The notes below the pieces were generated by a model. That model had not been told where the DNA came from. It was given only the letters and a program-made list of their open reading frames with translations, and did no database searches. A program made the position numbers and the translations under genes. Below, piece after piece: positions 15,467 through 27,517 of a DNA stretch of 64,000 nt. The DNA comes from an uncultured Chloroflexia bacterium (lineage in GTDB: Bacteria; Chloroflexota; Limnocylindria; Limnocylindrales; CSP1-4), in assembly GCA_963765245.1 (NCBI GenBank), contig CAVXVP010000033.1:21104-85103 (forward strand), written 5' to 3'. How positions within the stretch are numbered: position 1 is the stretch's first letter; every line of letters starts with the position of its first letter.

Positions 15467-16712
15467 CGGTCCACTCGTGGGATGGGCCCATCCCGATCGG
15501 CTCCAGCGACGCCGCCAGGGCCGCGGGCTCATCGGGCGAGAGTCGCCGGAACAGATAGCGCACGACGTCGCGGAAGGCGGCGGTCATCGGCAATGCCAGG
15601 ATCGCCCCGATGAGCCCGGCAAGCGCCCCGCCGACGATGATCGCGAAGATGACCGCCGCCGGGTGGAGCTGGATCGCGTCGCCCTGGATCTTGGGAACGA
15701 AGAAGTTGTTCTCGATCTGCTGGACCAGGGTGTACAGCAGGAGCGCCGCGATGACGGCGGCTGGCCCGGCCGTCGCCGCCAGGAGGACCGCAGGCACCGC
15801 CGAGATGATGGGGCCGATGATCGGCACGAGCTCGAGGACGCCGGCGATGATCGACAGGAGCACGGCGTAGCGACCGAAGATCGGGTCGACCAGCTGGCTC
15901 AGGATGAGCAGCCCGATGAACGTGAAGACCCCGACGACGACTCCGAGGATCAGCTGGCCCCGCACCCACTGGCCGAAATCGTGCTCGACGGTCTTGATGA
16001 TCGCCCACGTGTCGAACCGCCAGGTCTTCGGAAGGTTGTGGTCGAATTGCCCGACGAGCGTCACCTTGTCCTTGACCAGGTAGGCGACCCAGACCGGCAG
16101 GATCAGGTAGCCGAAGACGAGTCCAAGCAGGCTGCTGGCGCCCGTGAGCACTGGCAGCAGGAATGACAGGTCGAGGCCGCCTCCACCCGACCCGCCCTGG
16201 CCGAACCCGGCGATGATCCCGTCGATCCAGTCCCGGATCGCGACCGGGATCTGGAGATGCGCGTAGAAGTCCCCGAGCCGCTTGAGCTGCGTATCCAGGT
16301 CGGCGGCGAGCTTCGGGAAGTCCGTGATGAAGCGCAGGATCTCGTTGAGCAGTGGCGCAAGGGTGAGCCACAGGAACACGACGAACGCCGTGATCCCGAC
16401 CACGTAGACGATGAGGATCGCGAACGTTCGACGGATGCCGCGGCGCACCAGCCAGCGGACCGGCGGATCGAGCAAGTAGACGAACAGCAGCCCGACGATG
16501 AATGGCCGGACGCTGTCGCGCGCCATCCAGAGCAGCAGCCCGACGATGATCGCAGCCACGATCAGGACGGCGACCCGCGGCGAGAGCTGACCGAACCGTG
16601 TCCTGCCGGGACCTGCCGCCGGATCGAGGAACGGCGCGGGCGGTAGGGAGGCTGCCCAGCGAGCCAGGTCCACGGCCGGAGCATCTGTGGTCGGTGGCGC
16701 GGGCTCCTGCAT
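15459..16712 (-). CDS. AI-2E family transporter
   Basis: YLLDPPVRWL, WVRGQL, ELVPIIGP, VQQIENNFFVPKI, LHP, GAILALP. Confidence 0.92.
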   Translation of the reverse strand: MQEPAPPTTDAPAVDLARWAASLPPAPFLDPAAGPGRTRFGQLSPRVAVLIVAAIIVGLLLWMARDSVRPFIVGLLFVYLLDPPVRWLVRRGIRRTFAILIVYVVGITAFVVFLWLTLAPLLNEILRFITDFPKLAADLDTQLKRLGDFYAHLQIPVAIRDWIDGIIAGFGQGGSGGGGLDLSFLLPVLTGASSLLGLVFGYLILPVWVAYLVKDKVTLVGQFDHNLPKTWRFDTWAIIKTVEHDFGQWVRGQLILGVVVGVFTFIGLLILSQLVDPIFGRYAVLLSIIAGVLELVPIIGPIISAVPAVLLAATAGPAAVIAALLLYTLVQQIENNFFVPKIQGDAIQLHPAAVIFAIIVGGALAGLIGAILALPMTAAFRDVVRYLFRRLSPDEPAALAASLEPIGMGPSHEWTDA

Positions 16713-16732
16713 CGTGCCGCAGACTACCAGAC

Positions 16733-17482
16733 GTGGACGCACGCTCAGAGTCAGCTTCAGGGCCTCCGACCGAGGCGCCGGCCGAGCAGAACCTGCCGCC
16801 GCCGCGTCAGCGTTGGCGGCTTCTCCTGGCCCGCTCCGCCGAGGCGCCCGAGCTGGGGAGTCGCGAGGCGGTCGATGCCTGGGAGACCGCCCTCGAGGCC
16901 TCTGGTTTGCCGCTCTTCCGGGCACCCGGGCGGGCCCGGCCTCGGATCGCCTTCGGGGCGCCGATCCCGGCCAGGCTTGAGTTGGAGCGCGAGCTCGCCG
17001 ACATCGTCCTCACCGAGTTCGTCCCGACGTGGCGGGTGCGAGAGGGCCTCGCCGAGCACCTCCCGGCTGGCTGGCGCCTGGTCGATGTCCACGATGTCTG
17101 GCTCGGCAGCCCGGCCCTCGCCGGACAGGTCGTCGCGGCGGACTACAGGATCGAGGTGGCCGGCGCGGACGCGCACGCGCTCGCGGCCGCTGCGACGGGC
17201 CTGCTCGACGCCACGGAGCTCCCGCGCGAGCGCCTGAAGGGTGGCTCGACCGTTCGCTACGACCTGCGCCCCCTGCTGGCCGACGTGGGCGTCGTGAACG
17301 TCGGGCCTCCGGTGGTGCTTCGAGTCCGGACCCGCTTCGACCCCGTCCTGGGGACCGGGCGGCCGGACGAGGTCGTCGCAGCGCTCGGCGATGCGGTCGG
17401 TGGTCCACTCGTCATCGCCTCGATGGTTCGCGAGCGCGTGATCGTGAGTGATGAGATGGATCGAAGGGGGCCGGCCGATTGA
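16733..17482 (+). CDS. Radical SAM-linked protein (TIGR03936/DUF2344-like)
   Basis: [30 protein letters not shown]. This family often lies near rplU. Confidence 0.7.
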   Translation: MDARSESASGPPTEAPAEQNLPPPRQRWRLLLARSAEAPELGSREAVDAWETALEASGLPLFRAPGRARPRIAFGAPIPARLELERELADIVLTEFVPTWRVREGLAEHLPAGWRLVDVHDVWLGSPALAGQVVAADYRIEVAGADAHALAAAATGLLDATELPRERLKGGSTVRYDLRPLLADVGVVNVGPPVVLRVRTRFDPVLGTGRPDEVVAALGDAVGGPLVIASMVRERVIVSDEMDRRGPAD

Positions 17483-17508
17483 CCGAATCGTGCTTGGAGC
17501 CGTACAAT
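17479..17508 (+). promoter_or_regulatory. Sigma70-type promoter for rplU-rpmA
   Basis: TTGACC, 18 nt spacer, TACAAT, about 95 nt upstream of rplU. Confidence 0.6.
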
Positions 17509-17602
17509 CCTCGTTCTGCGCTCGGCGTCGCCGCGCGCCATTTCTACAGTCCGATGTCGCGATCGCCGCGCGCGGTCGCCAGACACGCAACCCTGAGGAT
17601 CC

Positions 17603-18266
17603 ATGTACGCAGTCATCGAGACCGGCGGTAAGCAGTACCGCGTCGAAGTCGGGACGGAGCTCGAGGTCGAGCTTCTCGACGTCGAACCGGGCAAGACGGT
17701 CACCATCGATCGCGTCCTGCTGGTCGCCGACGGCGACGAGTCAACGATCGGCCGGCCGCTGGTCGACCGACGCGTCGGTCAGCGCCGAGGTCGTCACCCA
17801 GACCCGCGGTCCCAAGCTGATCTCGTTCAAGTACCGGCCCAAGGCGCGCAGCCGGGTCAAGAAGGGCCATCGCCAGGAACTGACCGTCCTGCGCATCGCC
17901 GACATCACGTTCGGAGGCAAGAGCGCGGCCAAGGCGGCCAAGAAGGCCGACGACGAGGCCAAGACCGAGCGGTCCCGCGTCGAGGAGGCCGCAGCGGCGC
18001 AGGCAGCCAAGGACGCCGAGCTCGCCGCGAAGCTCGCGGTCGGCGCGGACGCCGAGAAGAAGGCGACCAAGACCGAGGCGAAGCCGAAGACGGCGACCAA
18101 GGCCAAGGCCGAGACGACCACCGCGAAGACCGAGACCGCGTCCGCTTCGAAGACCGCGACCAAGTCAGCGGCACCGAAGAAGACGACCGCCAAGGCCGAC
18201 GCCGACGCCCCGAAGGCGAAGACGGACGCACCGAAGAAGCCCCGCGCCACGAAGAAGGACGAGTAG
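17603..18266 (+). CDS. rplU: 50S ribosomal protein L21 with a long Lys/Ala/Thr-rich tail (frameshift near 17768)
   Basis: [14 protein letters not shown], then [20 protein letters not shown] in the other frame. Confidence 0.95.
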
Positions 18267-18271
18267 ACGAG

Positions 18272-18547
18272 ATGGCACACAAGAAAGCGGGCGGCAGCGT
18301 CAAGAACGGCCGCGACAGCGTCGGCCAGCGCCTCGGCGTCAAGGCCGGTGACGGCCAGCTCGTGAGCGCCGGCTCGATCATCGTCCGCCAGCGTGGCATG
18401 ACGTTCCTGAGTGGACCCGGCACCGGCCTGGGCCACGATTACACCGTGTTCGCGACAGTCACCGGCAAGGTGAAGTTCGAGCACGCAACCAAGTCCAAGA
18501 AGCGCATCCGGGTCGAGGCGGTCGAGACGACCGCCGCGAGCGCCTAG
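18272..18547 (+). CDS. rpmA: 50S ribosomal protein L27
   Basis: [16 protein letters not shown]...IIVRQRG. Confidence 0.97.
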   Translation: MAHKKAGGSVKNGRDSVGQRLGVKAGDGQLVSAGSIIVRQRGMTFLSGPGTGLGHDYTVFATVTGKVKFEHATKSKKRIRVEAVETTAASA

Positions 18548-18617
18548 ACCCCGGAATCACCGGCGACCACCGGCTGGGCCACTGCCCGGCACGGACGGCG
18601 ACGGAGGAGAGCACATC

Positions 18618-18831
18618 GTGAAGCCCGATATCCATCCCACCTACTACGAAGCCAAGGTCCATTGCGGCTCCTGCGGGACCGAGTGGACGGTCGGTTCGAC
18701 CCGACCCGAGCTGCGTGTCGACGTGTGTGGCAACTGCCACCCGTTCTTCACCGGCAAGCAGACCATCATCGACACGGCCGGCCAGGTCGAGCGCTTCCAG
18801 AAGCGCCTGGAGCGCCAGGTCCGCGAGCTAG
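18618..18831 (+). CDS. rpmE: 50S ribosomal protein L31, zinc-binding type (3' end probably frameshifted)
   Basis: [32 protein letters not shown] at 18829 lies just before a terminator. Confidence 0.95.
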
Positions 18832-18850
18832 CACACCGAGTCACACACAG

Positions 18851-18878
18851 ACGGCGGGCCAGACGGCCCGCCGTTTTT
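18851..18878 (+). terminator. Intrinsic terminator after rpmE
   Basis: ACGGCGGGCC-agac-GGCCCGCCGT followed by TTTT. Confidence 0.8.
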
Positions 18879-18919
18879 CGATTCCGGCTCGAAACGCCCC
18901 ACCCGCTAGACTGGCGGGC

Positions 18920-19939
18920 ATGCCCAGCTACACCTACGGCGGCCAGGCCCTCATCGAGGGCGTCCTGATGCGCGGTCGCGATGCGATCGCGGTCGCCCTG
19001 CGCCACCCGGACGGCGAGATCGTCTACGCCACCGAGCGCCTCGACGCCGGCTTCCATGGCACGCGCTGGTCGAAGTGGCCGCTGATCCGCGGCCTGGTCG
19101 TCCTGTACGAGACGCTCGTCGTCGGCACACGCTGGCTGGTCCGAAGCGCCAACGTCCAGGCCGAGGAGGAAGGGGTCGAGCTGGGCAAGGGCTCGGTCAT
19201 CCTGATGCTCACCCTGACGCTCGCCGCCGGTGTCGGGATCTTCTTCCTGTTGCCACTGTTCGTGGCGTCGGTGACGACGCAGAACGTCGAGAACGGCAAC
19301 GTCCAGCACCTCGTCGAGGGGCTGGTGCGGGTCGCGATCTTCCTCGGTTACCTGTGGGTCATCGGCCGCTCGCCGGACATCCGGCGCGTCTTCCAGTACC
19401 ACGGCGCCGAGCACATGACGATCCACGCCCTCGAGGCGGGCGATCCGCTGACCGTCGGCGAGGTCCGCAAGTACCCGACGGCTCACCAGCGCTGCGGCAC
19501 CGAGTTCCTGGTCGTGGTCATCCTGCTGTCGATCATCGCCTTCTCGTTCGTTGGGCGGCAGGCGCCGCTGGTCATGATCGCCAGCCGCATCCTGCTGATC
19601 CCGGTCATCGCCGCAGTCGGCTACGAGATCCTGCGCTTCGGGGCGCGCCACCGGAAGAACCCGGTGGTCAAGGTCCTGCTCTACCCAGGGCTCCTCGTCC
19701 AGAAGATCACCACCAAGCAGCCGACCGACGACATGATCGAGGTCGCGATCGTCTCGATGGAGCAGGCGCTCATCGCGGACGGCGAATTGGTCCCCGCCGG
19801 CTCGGCCGACTTCGAGCAGCGACCGATGCGCCTCGAGCCGGCGGCGGCAACTGCCGACACGACCGCGCAGACCGCCCCGCCGACTACGACCGTTCCACCG
19901 GTCCAGACCGTACCGACCGACCCGCCACCCGGGCGATGA
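18920..19939 (+). CDS. DUF1385 membrane protein
   Basis: [28 protein letters not shown]. Usual position between rpmE and prfA. Confidence 0.9.
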   Translation: MPSYTYGGQALIEGVLMRGRDAIAVALRHPDGEIVYATERLDAGFHGTRWSKWPLIRGLVVLYETLVVGTRWLVRSANVQAEEEGVELGKGSVILMLTLTLAAGVGIFFLLPLFVASVTTQNVENGNVQHLVEGLVRVAIFLGYLWVIGRSPDIRRVFQYHGAEHMTIHALEAGDPLTVGEVRKYPTAHQRCGTEFLVVVILLSIIAFSFVGRQAPLVMIASRILLIPVIAAVGYEILRFGARHRKNPVVKVLLYPGLLVQKITTKQPTDDMIEVAIVSMEQALIADGELVPAGSADFEQRPMRLEPAAATADTTAQTAPPTTTVPPVQTVPTDPPPGR

Positions 19940-21029
19940 GCGATCTCGACGCCAAGCTGGCCGAGGTCGCGCGGCAATACGACGAGATCCAGGCCGACCT
20001 GTCGCTGCCCGAGACCTCGACCGACCCGGCCGCGATCCGCCGGCTCGGCCAGGAGCTGTCGCGGCTCGAACCCGTCGTCGAGGCCTTCCGGCGCCTGGAA
20101 GCCACCCGGGCCGAGCTGACCGGCGCGCGCGAGCTGCGCGACGCCTCGGATGCCGACGACGAGATGCGCGACGATGGCGCGCGACGAGATCGAGCGGCTC
20201 GAGGCCGACGAGACGCGCCTGCTCGAGGAGCTGAAGGTCCTGCTCCTGCCGCGCGACCCGAACGACGGCCGCGACGTGATCATGGAGCTGCGCGGCGGCG
20301 CCGGCGGCGACGAGGCCGCACTCTTCGCCGCCGAGCTCTACCGGATGTACATCCGATACGCCGAGCGCCACCGCTTCACGCCCGAGATCCTGAGCCTCAA
20401 CGAGACGGGGATCGGCGGGATCAAGGAGGCGATCCTCCAGATCCACGGCGACGGCGCCTACAGCCGCCTCAAGTTCGAGGGCGGCGTCCATCGCGTCCAG
20501 CGGATCCCCGCGACCGAGTCCTCGGGGCGCATCCACACATCGACGGTGACGGTGGTCGTCCTTCCGGAGGTCGACGAGGTCGAGATCGAGATCGATGAGG
20601 TGCGCGACCTGCGCATCGACGTCAAGCGGGCCTCGGGGCCGGGCGGTCAGTCCGTCAACACGACGGACTCGGCGGTGCGCGTCACGCACCTGCCGACCGG
20701 ACTGGTCGTCGAGATCCAGGACGAGAAGAGCCAGCACAAGAACAAGGCCAAGGCGATCTCCGTGCTCCGCTCGCGGCTGCTACGACCTCCAGCAGCAGAA
20801 GCAGCGCGCGGCCGATTCCGTGGCGCGGCGCTCGATGATCGGGGCGGGCGACCGGTCGGACAAGATCCGGACCTACAACTTCCCGCAGGACCGGGTGACC
20901 GACCACCGGATCGGGAAGACCGTGCACAACCTGCCCAACGTGATGGACGGCGACCTCGACGACCTCATCGACGCGCTCGTGATGGCCGACCAGGCCGATC
21001 GCCTCGGGGACGTCGACGGCGCCGCCTGA
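19936..21029 (+). CDS. prfA: Peptide chain release factor 1 (frameshifts near 20170 and 20782)
   Basis: [19 protein letters not shown] (PxT), [24 protein letters not shown]. Confidence 0.95.
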
Positions 21030-21030
21030 C

Positions 21031-22043
21031 GTGTCGGGTCCGCCGGGCGGGTTCAACGGTCGAGACGACCGGGGAGTTGCTCCGGGAAGGTACCGATCGC
21101 CTTGCCGCGGCCGGGTCCGAGACACCGCGCCTCGACGCCGAACTTCTGCTCGGCCAGGCGGTCGGGGCGGGCCGGACGGCCGTCGTCGCGCATCCCGAGG
21201 CGCCGGTCGGAGCCGATGCGGCCCGGCGGTATCGCTCCGATCTCGAGCGGCGGGCGGCCGGCGAGCCCGTGGCCTACCTGCGCGGGATCAAGGAGTTCTA
21301 CGGGCTCGCCTTCGAGGTCGACGCACGCGCGCTGATCCCGCGACCCGAGACGGAGCGCCTCGTCGACCTGGCGGGGGACGAGGTTCTGCGGCGGCTGGCC
21401 TCGAGCGCGCGGCCGCCCGGGAGCCGCGACCTCCAGGTCGTCGACGTGGGCACGGGGAGCGGCGCCATCGCCGTGGCGCTGGCCGTGCGCCTGCGGCGGG
21501 TCAAGGCTCTCGACGCCGTCCGGATCCTGGCCGTCGACATCTCGCCTGACGCGCTGGGGCTCGCCCGGGAGAACGCGGTCGGGCACGCGGTCGCGGACCG
21601 GATCTCGTTCGCCGAGGCCGACCTGCTGCCGCCCGATGCCAGAGGCTTCGACGTCGTCCTCGCCAACCTGCCGTACGTCCGGCACGACGCGATGGCGGGC
21701 CTGCCTGTCGCGACCTCGTTCGAGCCGGTGCTGGCGCTCGACGGCGGCGTCGACGGGCTCGAGGTGATCGGGCGGCTGCTCGACCTGCTCCCCGACGCCA
21801 TGGCCGATGACGGCGTCGCGATGCTCGAGATCGGGGCCGACCAGGGCGAGGCGATCGTGGCGCTCGTCGCCGCGAAGCTGCCCGGCTGGTCGTGCGCCGT
21901 CGAGCTCGACCTGGCGCGGGCTGCCGCGCGTCGCCCGGATCGCTCCGGCCACCGGCCGCCGGAAGCGCCTGAGCCCGCCGTCCGGCATCATCAGGACGTG
22001 CCCAGGATCAAGACACCCGAACCCATCCTGCCCATCCAGCTGA
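21031..22043 (+). CDS. prmC: Release factor glutamine methyltransferase PrmC/HemK (ends uncertain, frameshifted)
   Basis: [35 protein letters not shown]. Confidence 0.9.
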
Positions 22044-22946
22044 TCGCGCTCGACATCGACGGGACGCTCGTCGGCGACGACCTCGAGATCGGACCGGACA
22101 CCCGGGCCGCGGTCCGCGCGGCGCGGGCAGCGAGGCGTGATCGTCAGCCTGGTGACCGGCCGGATGGTCTCGAGCGCGATGCATTTCGCGCGCGTGCTCG
22201 AGCTCGATTCGCCGGTCGTCGGCTACCAGGGTGCGCTGGTCCGCGAGATGCCGGCGGCCGGCTCCGATCGGCTCGGTCGCCTGCTCGTCCACACGCCGAT
22301 GCCGGCGGCGGTCGCCCGCGAGATCGTGGCCTGGACGCGCGAACGCGGGCTCGACCCGCACCTCAACCACCTCGAGCGCCTGATCGTGCGGACCGACGAC
22401 CCGCGAGCCGACGAGTACGGCGCGTTCATCGGCGGCGACCCGGAGCTGTCCGGCGACCTCGTCGAGTCGATCCGCCATCCGATCACCAAGATCCTCGCGG
22501 CCGGCGAGCCGCCGCTGCCGAGCGAGCTGGCGCCACTGGCCCGCGAGCGGTTCGAGGGGGCGGCCGCGGTGACCATCAGTCATCCGCGATTCCTGGAGTT
22601 CACGGCACCCGGCGTGTCGAAGGGCCGCGCGATCCGCTGGCTCGCGCGCCGGATGCGGATCCCGCTCGGAGCGGTGCTGGCCATCGGCGACCAGTGGAAC
22701 GATTTCGAGATGCTCGCCGAGGTCGGCCACGGGGCGGCGATGCCGACCGCGCCGGTCGAGGTGCGGGCGGCGGCACGCTACGTCGCGCCGCCGCTGGCCG
22801 AGGAAGGCGTCGCCCGGATGATCGAGGCGCTTGGTCCTGGCGCCGCTGCCCGAGGCTCGGGCTGCCGCGTCTCGACTGGCCGAGGAGGGTCAGGCGGCGC
22901 GGGAGGCCGACGCCGGCGAGCCGACCGTGTCACGTCCTCGGCATGA
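21998..22946 (+). CDS. Cof-type HAD-IIB hydrolase (frameshifted)
   Basis: [26 protein letters not shown]. Confidence 0.88.
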
Positions 22947-23608
22947 GCGCCCGGATCGTGCCCGACGACATCGACGGGCGCGCGGCCGAGGCGATCGACG
23001 GTCCTGCGGCGCGGCGGCGTCGTCGCGCTGCCGACCGACACGGTCTACGGGATCGCCGTCGCACTCGACGTCGCCGGCGGCATCGAGCGCCTGTTCCAGG
23101 TGAAGCGGCGACCGCCGACCGCGGGATCATGCTGCTGCTCGATGACGGCGTCGCAGGCGGCGTCGATCGGCGGTCATGGGTCCGGCGGCACGCCGCTCTG
23201 CCGCCGCAGCTGCTGGCCCGGCGGGCTGACGGTCGTCGTTCCGCAGCGGCCCGAGACGTCCCGTTGCCCGCCGGCGCTCACGGGCGGAGCCGCCGACGAT
23301 CGGGCTTGCGCGTCCCGGACCACGATGCTCCCCGGGCGCTCGCCGCGGCCGTCGGGCCGCTGCCGACCACCTCGGCCAACGTCTCCGGCCTGCCCGAGGC
23401 CCGCGACGCGCAGGAGATCCTCGCCCAGCTCGGGGACGGCGTGGACCTGATCCTCGACGGGGGAGCGGCGCGCGGCGGGCCGCCGTCGACCGTGGTCGAT
23501 TGCACGGGCGAGCGGCCGCTGGTCCTGCGCGACGGTGCCATCCCCGTGGCGCGTCTCGTGGCGATCCTCGATGCCGCGGGCATCGCCCACGACCTGGTCG
23601 GCGGGTAA
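22943..23608 (+). CDS. tsaC: L-threonylcarbamoyladenylate synthase Sua5/TsaC (several frameshifts)
   Basis: Fragments [38 protein letters not shown] across frames. Confidence 0.85.
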   Translation: MSARIVPDDIDGRAAEAIDGPAARRRRRAADRHGLRDRRRTRRRRRHRAPVPGEAATADRGIMLLLDDGVAGGVDRRSWVRRHAALPPQLLARRADGRRSAAARDVPLPAGAHGRSRRRSGLRVPDHDAPRALAAAVGPLPTTSANVSGLPEARDAQEILAQLGDGVDLILDGGAARGGPPSTVVDCTGERPLVLRDGAIPVARLVAILDAAGIAHDLVGG

Positions 23609-23611
23609 CCC

Positions 23612-24720
23612 TCAGCCGTTCCTGCCGCGCGCGTCCACGGCCCACGTGTCGACCGCGTGCCCGTCCTGTGCCACGACGAACGTGTCGACGAGGTTGATGA
23701 CCGGACAGACGTGATTGGGCACGACCCAGACGATCGTGCCGACCGCCGGTCGCGCCGCGCCCGCCGGCAGGTCCACCACGCCGTGGTGATCGTTGAGCCG
23801 CTGGATGACCGCGTCGGGGTAGCCGACGACCGCGCCGTGGCCCGCGATGAACGGCGCGACGTCCTGGGCGAGGATCTTGGCCCCGGCGTCGATGACGAAC
23901 CCGCCACCGGCTCCGGCGCTGACGACGGTCGTCGCGACCATCAGCGCTGCATCCTCGGGCGGTTCTCCGGCGAGCGCAGCCTGCAGTCGGTCGCCGAAGA
24001 CGTACGTCCCGGGCCGCTCCTCGGTGACTGCCCCATGCGCGGAGAGCGCGGCGGTCGGCGTCGAACCCGCGCTCAGGACCGTCGGTTCGATGCCTTCGGC
24101 TCGGAGCGATGCCGCGGCAACGGCCAGACCATCGGCCGCGTCCTCACCGGCCGCCGCCCGCAGGTCCGTGCCCTTGTAGCCGTGGCCCTCGTGGGTGAAC
24201 GCCCCGCCCACCTCCAGGCCAAGGTCCGTGGCACGACGAGCGAGCGATCCCGCCTCATCGGGCCGGACGCCGGTCCGCGCCCCGCCCGAGTCGACCTCGA
24301 TGAGGACGCGCAGCGTGGCACTCGCTCCCCGCATGGCGGCCGCCAGCGCCTCGAGCCCGACGGTCGAGTCCGCCCCGACTGACAACGTGCAGCGACTCGC
24401 GAGCTCCCGCAGGCGCCCGGCCTTGGGCCCGGACGCCACGACCGGATAGGCGATGAACAGGTCCGTGAAGCCGGCGTCGGCGAAGACCTCGGCCTCGCCG
24501 ATCGTGGCGACCGTCAGGCCGACCGCGCCCGCGTCGATCTGGCGCCGCGCGACCGCGATGCTCTTGTGCGTCTTCGCGTGCGGGCCGCAGCGCGATGCCT
24601 CGCTCGCGCATGAGCCGCGCCATCGACTTCGATCCGTTCGTCCATCCGGTCGAGATCGACGACGACCGCCGGCGTGTCGAGCGCGCCAGCCTCGCCATCG
24701 TCGAGGAATCCCTGGCTCAT
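23612..24720 (-). CDS. Alanine racemase-fold PLP enzyme, D-threonine aldolase/DSD1 family (frameshifted)
   Basis: DTPAVVVDL, RPHAKTHKS, GSTPT, ERPGTYVF, DAGAK, PNHVC. Confidence 0.85.
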
Positions 24721-24848
24721 CGCGGCCTCCATCGCGCGGGCACCTGCCACGCGTCTCGGCGGTGGCCCCGTTCGTGGGAAGATACCGCTCGGGCGCGCCG
24801 GTGGTGGGGGATGGGCAGCCGGTGGTGCAGGAAGGAGTCGGCGACGTC

Positions 24849-26196
24849 ATGACGATCTCCCCAGGGATGGGCCTTGCGCTCGAGTCGATCGAGGACCTCG
24901 ACCCCGTCCTGTGGGAGGCGATGGTCAACGAGCGTCGCCGCCAGCACGACAAGATCGAGCTGATCGCCAGCGAGAACTACGTCGTCCGCGGCCGTGATGG
25001 AAGCGCAGGGCTCGTGGCTGACCAACAAGTACGCCGAGGGCCTGCCCGGCAAGCGCTACTACGGCGGCTGCGAGTTCGTGGATATCGCCGAGCGACTCGC
25101 CCAGGAGCGTGCGCTCGCCCTCTACCCGGGCGCCGAGCACGTGAACGTCCAGCCGCACTCGGGCGCGCAGGCCAACATGGCGGCCTACTTCAGCGTCCTC
25201 GAACCGGGCGACCGGATCATGGGCATGAACCTGGCCCACGGCGGCCACCTGACCCATGGCATGGCCCTCAACTTCTCCGGGCGGCTGTACGAGGTCCATG
25301 CCTACGGCGTGCGCCAGGACACGGAGCGCATCGACTACGACGCGATGGAGATCCAGGCGCAAGGAGGTCCGCCCGAAGCTGATCGTGGGCGGGGCGAGCG
25401 CCTATCCGCGTCTCGTGGGACTTCGAGCGGATGGCCGCGATCGCCGCCGACGTCGGGGCGATGCTGTTCATCGACATGGCCCATATCGCCGGCCTGGTGG
25501 CGGCCGACGTCCACCCGAGCCCCTTCCCGCACGCCGACCTGGTCACGACGACCACCCACAAGACCCTGCGTGGACCACGTGGCGGGATGCTCTTCGGCCG
25601 GCGCTCGCTCCGGCCCGGCCTCGACCCGGCGGCCTTCCCGGCGGTCAAGAACGGTGAGGCCGAGGGCGCCCTGGGCGCCTCGATCGACCGGAACGTCTTC
25701 CCGGGCACCCAGGGCGGGCCGCTGATGCACGTCATCGCCGGCAAGGCCGTCGCCTTCAAGCTGGCCGCCGAGGAGCCATTCCGGGAGGACCAGCGCCGGA
25801 CGATCGAGAACGCCCGCGTGATGGCCGAGACGCTTGCCGAGCCTGGGCGCCCGGGTGGTCTCGGGCGGCACCGACAACCATCTCCTGCTCGTCGACGTGA
25901 CGCCGCTCGGCGTGACCGGCAAGGAGGCCGAGCACCTGCTCGACGAGATCGGCATCACCGTCAACAAGAACGCCATCCCGTTCGACACGCTGCCCCCGAA
26001 CACAGCCTCGGGGATCCGGATCGGGACGCCGGCGACGACCTCGCGCGGCTTCGGCCCCGACGAGATGCGGACGGTCGGCCGGATCATCATCGACGCGATC
26101 GCGAAGCGCGACGAACCGACGGCCCAGTCCCGGTTGGCGGACGAGGTCCGCGAGATCGTCGCGCGCTTCCCGGTTCCCGGCCTGCCCGCCGCGTGA
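24849..26196 (+). CDS. glyA: Serine hydroxymethyltransferase (several frameshifts)
   Basis: [58 protein letters not shown]. Confidence 0.95.
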
Positions 26197-26236
26197 GGGC
26201 CGGGAGACTCACCTCACCCGCGCGCGCCGTGCCTCG

Positions 26237-27371
26237 ATGACCTTCATCCCGACCGTCGGCAATGCCATCGGGCCGATCGTCGTGGTGTTCGTGCTCGCCG
26301 TCGTCCTCGCCCTCGTCCTCACGCCGGTGGTCCGGCGCATCGTCATCCGCTACGAGATCGTCGATCGACCGGAGGCCCGCCGGGTCAACACGATCCCCGT
26401 GCCGCGCGGCGGCGGGCTGGCGGTCTGCGCGGCGTTCCTGCTGGTCGCGGGTACGCTTCCTGCTCCTCAACCAGAGCCGCGGGTTCGTCCCGGTGCCCGT
26501 CGGTTTCTCGCCGACGGAGGTCGCGGCGTTGCTGCTCGGCGGGGCGGTCGCGGCGGGCCTTGGCGCCATCGACGACCTGTTCGACCTCCGTGCGCGTTAC
26601 CAGCTGCTTGGCCAGGTCGCGCTGGCCTGTGGGGCGGTCGTCCTCGGGATCAGCATCGATTTCATCGCCAACCCGCTCGGTGGCGTGCCGATCCGCTTCA
26701 CCGCCGGGCCTGTCGCCGCGGCGCTGACGATCTTCTGGATCGTCGGGATGATCAACAGCATCAACTGGATCGACGGTCTCGACGGGCTGTCGACGGGCGT
26801 CGCGTTCATCGCGGCCGTGACGCTCGGGATCATCAGCCTCACCACGGACGTGCGCCAGCCGCTGATCGCGGTCCTGTGCTTCGCCCTCGCCGGGGCGCTG
26901 CTCGGGTTCCTGCGCTGGAACTTCAACCCGGCCTCGATCTTCACCGGGACGAGCGGCGTCCAGTTCGTCGGCTACACGCTCGCCGTGCTCGCGATCCTGG
27001 GCACGGCCAAGGTCGCGGTGGCGTTGCTGGTCCTCGGCGTCCCGATCATCGACACGTTCTGGATCATCGTCCGGCGCATCCAGCAGGGCCGCTCGCCGTT
27101 CAGCCCGGATCGCACGCACATCCACCACCGGCTGCTCGACCTCGGGCTCAGCCATCGCCAGACGGTGCTCGCCATCTACGGCATCTGCCTGGCCCTGGCC
27201 GTCCTGTCGCTGCTCCTCTCGGGTGTCACCCAGCTGTATGCGTTCCTGGGCATCTTCGTGGCCTTCGGGCTGATCCTCTTCCTGCCGACGCGTGGCGACT
27301 TCGATCGCCCCGACGAGCTCGAGGCGGAGGCCTACGAGAACGGAGCACACTCGGACACGACCGGGGACTAG
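26237..27371 (+). CDS. MraY/WecA/TagO-family polyprenyl-phosphate HexNAc-1-phosphate transferase (frameshift near 26452)
   Basis: [41 protein letters not shown]. Confidence 0.9.
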
Positions 27372-27517
27372 GGTGACCGACCCTCTGGGCGACTCCCCGA
27401 TCGAGTGCTAGCATGCCGACCCGGCACGCGGAGGCGGGCCGACATGCGGGGATCCATGGCACCTGAACGCATCATCCTGAGCGCGGCACCGTGGCGCACG
27501 TCGGCCGCGAGGGTCTC

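Noticed and set aside
17603-18547. L21-L27 fusion ORF
   Set aside because: Artifact of the frameshift near 17768.
19936-21029. Release factor frameshift as prfB-type autoregulation
   Set aside because: This is RF1 (PxT motif), there is no CTT-TGA site, and there are two separate shifts.
20150-23608. 1152-aa PrfA-PrmC-HAD-TsaC fusion ORF
   Set aside because: It is a mosaic of in-frame and out-of-frame segments produced by indels in stop-poor GC-rich DNA.
24721-24848. ZTP or glycine riboswitch upstream of glyA
   Set aside because: I could not match the conserved motifs by eye. An Rfam scan would settle it.
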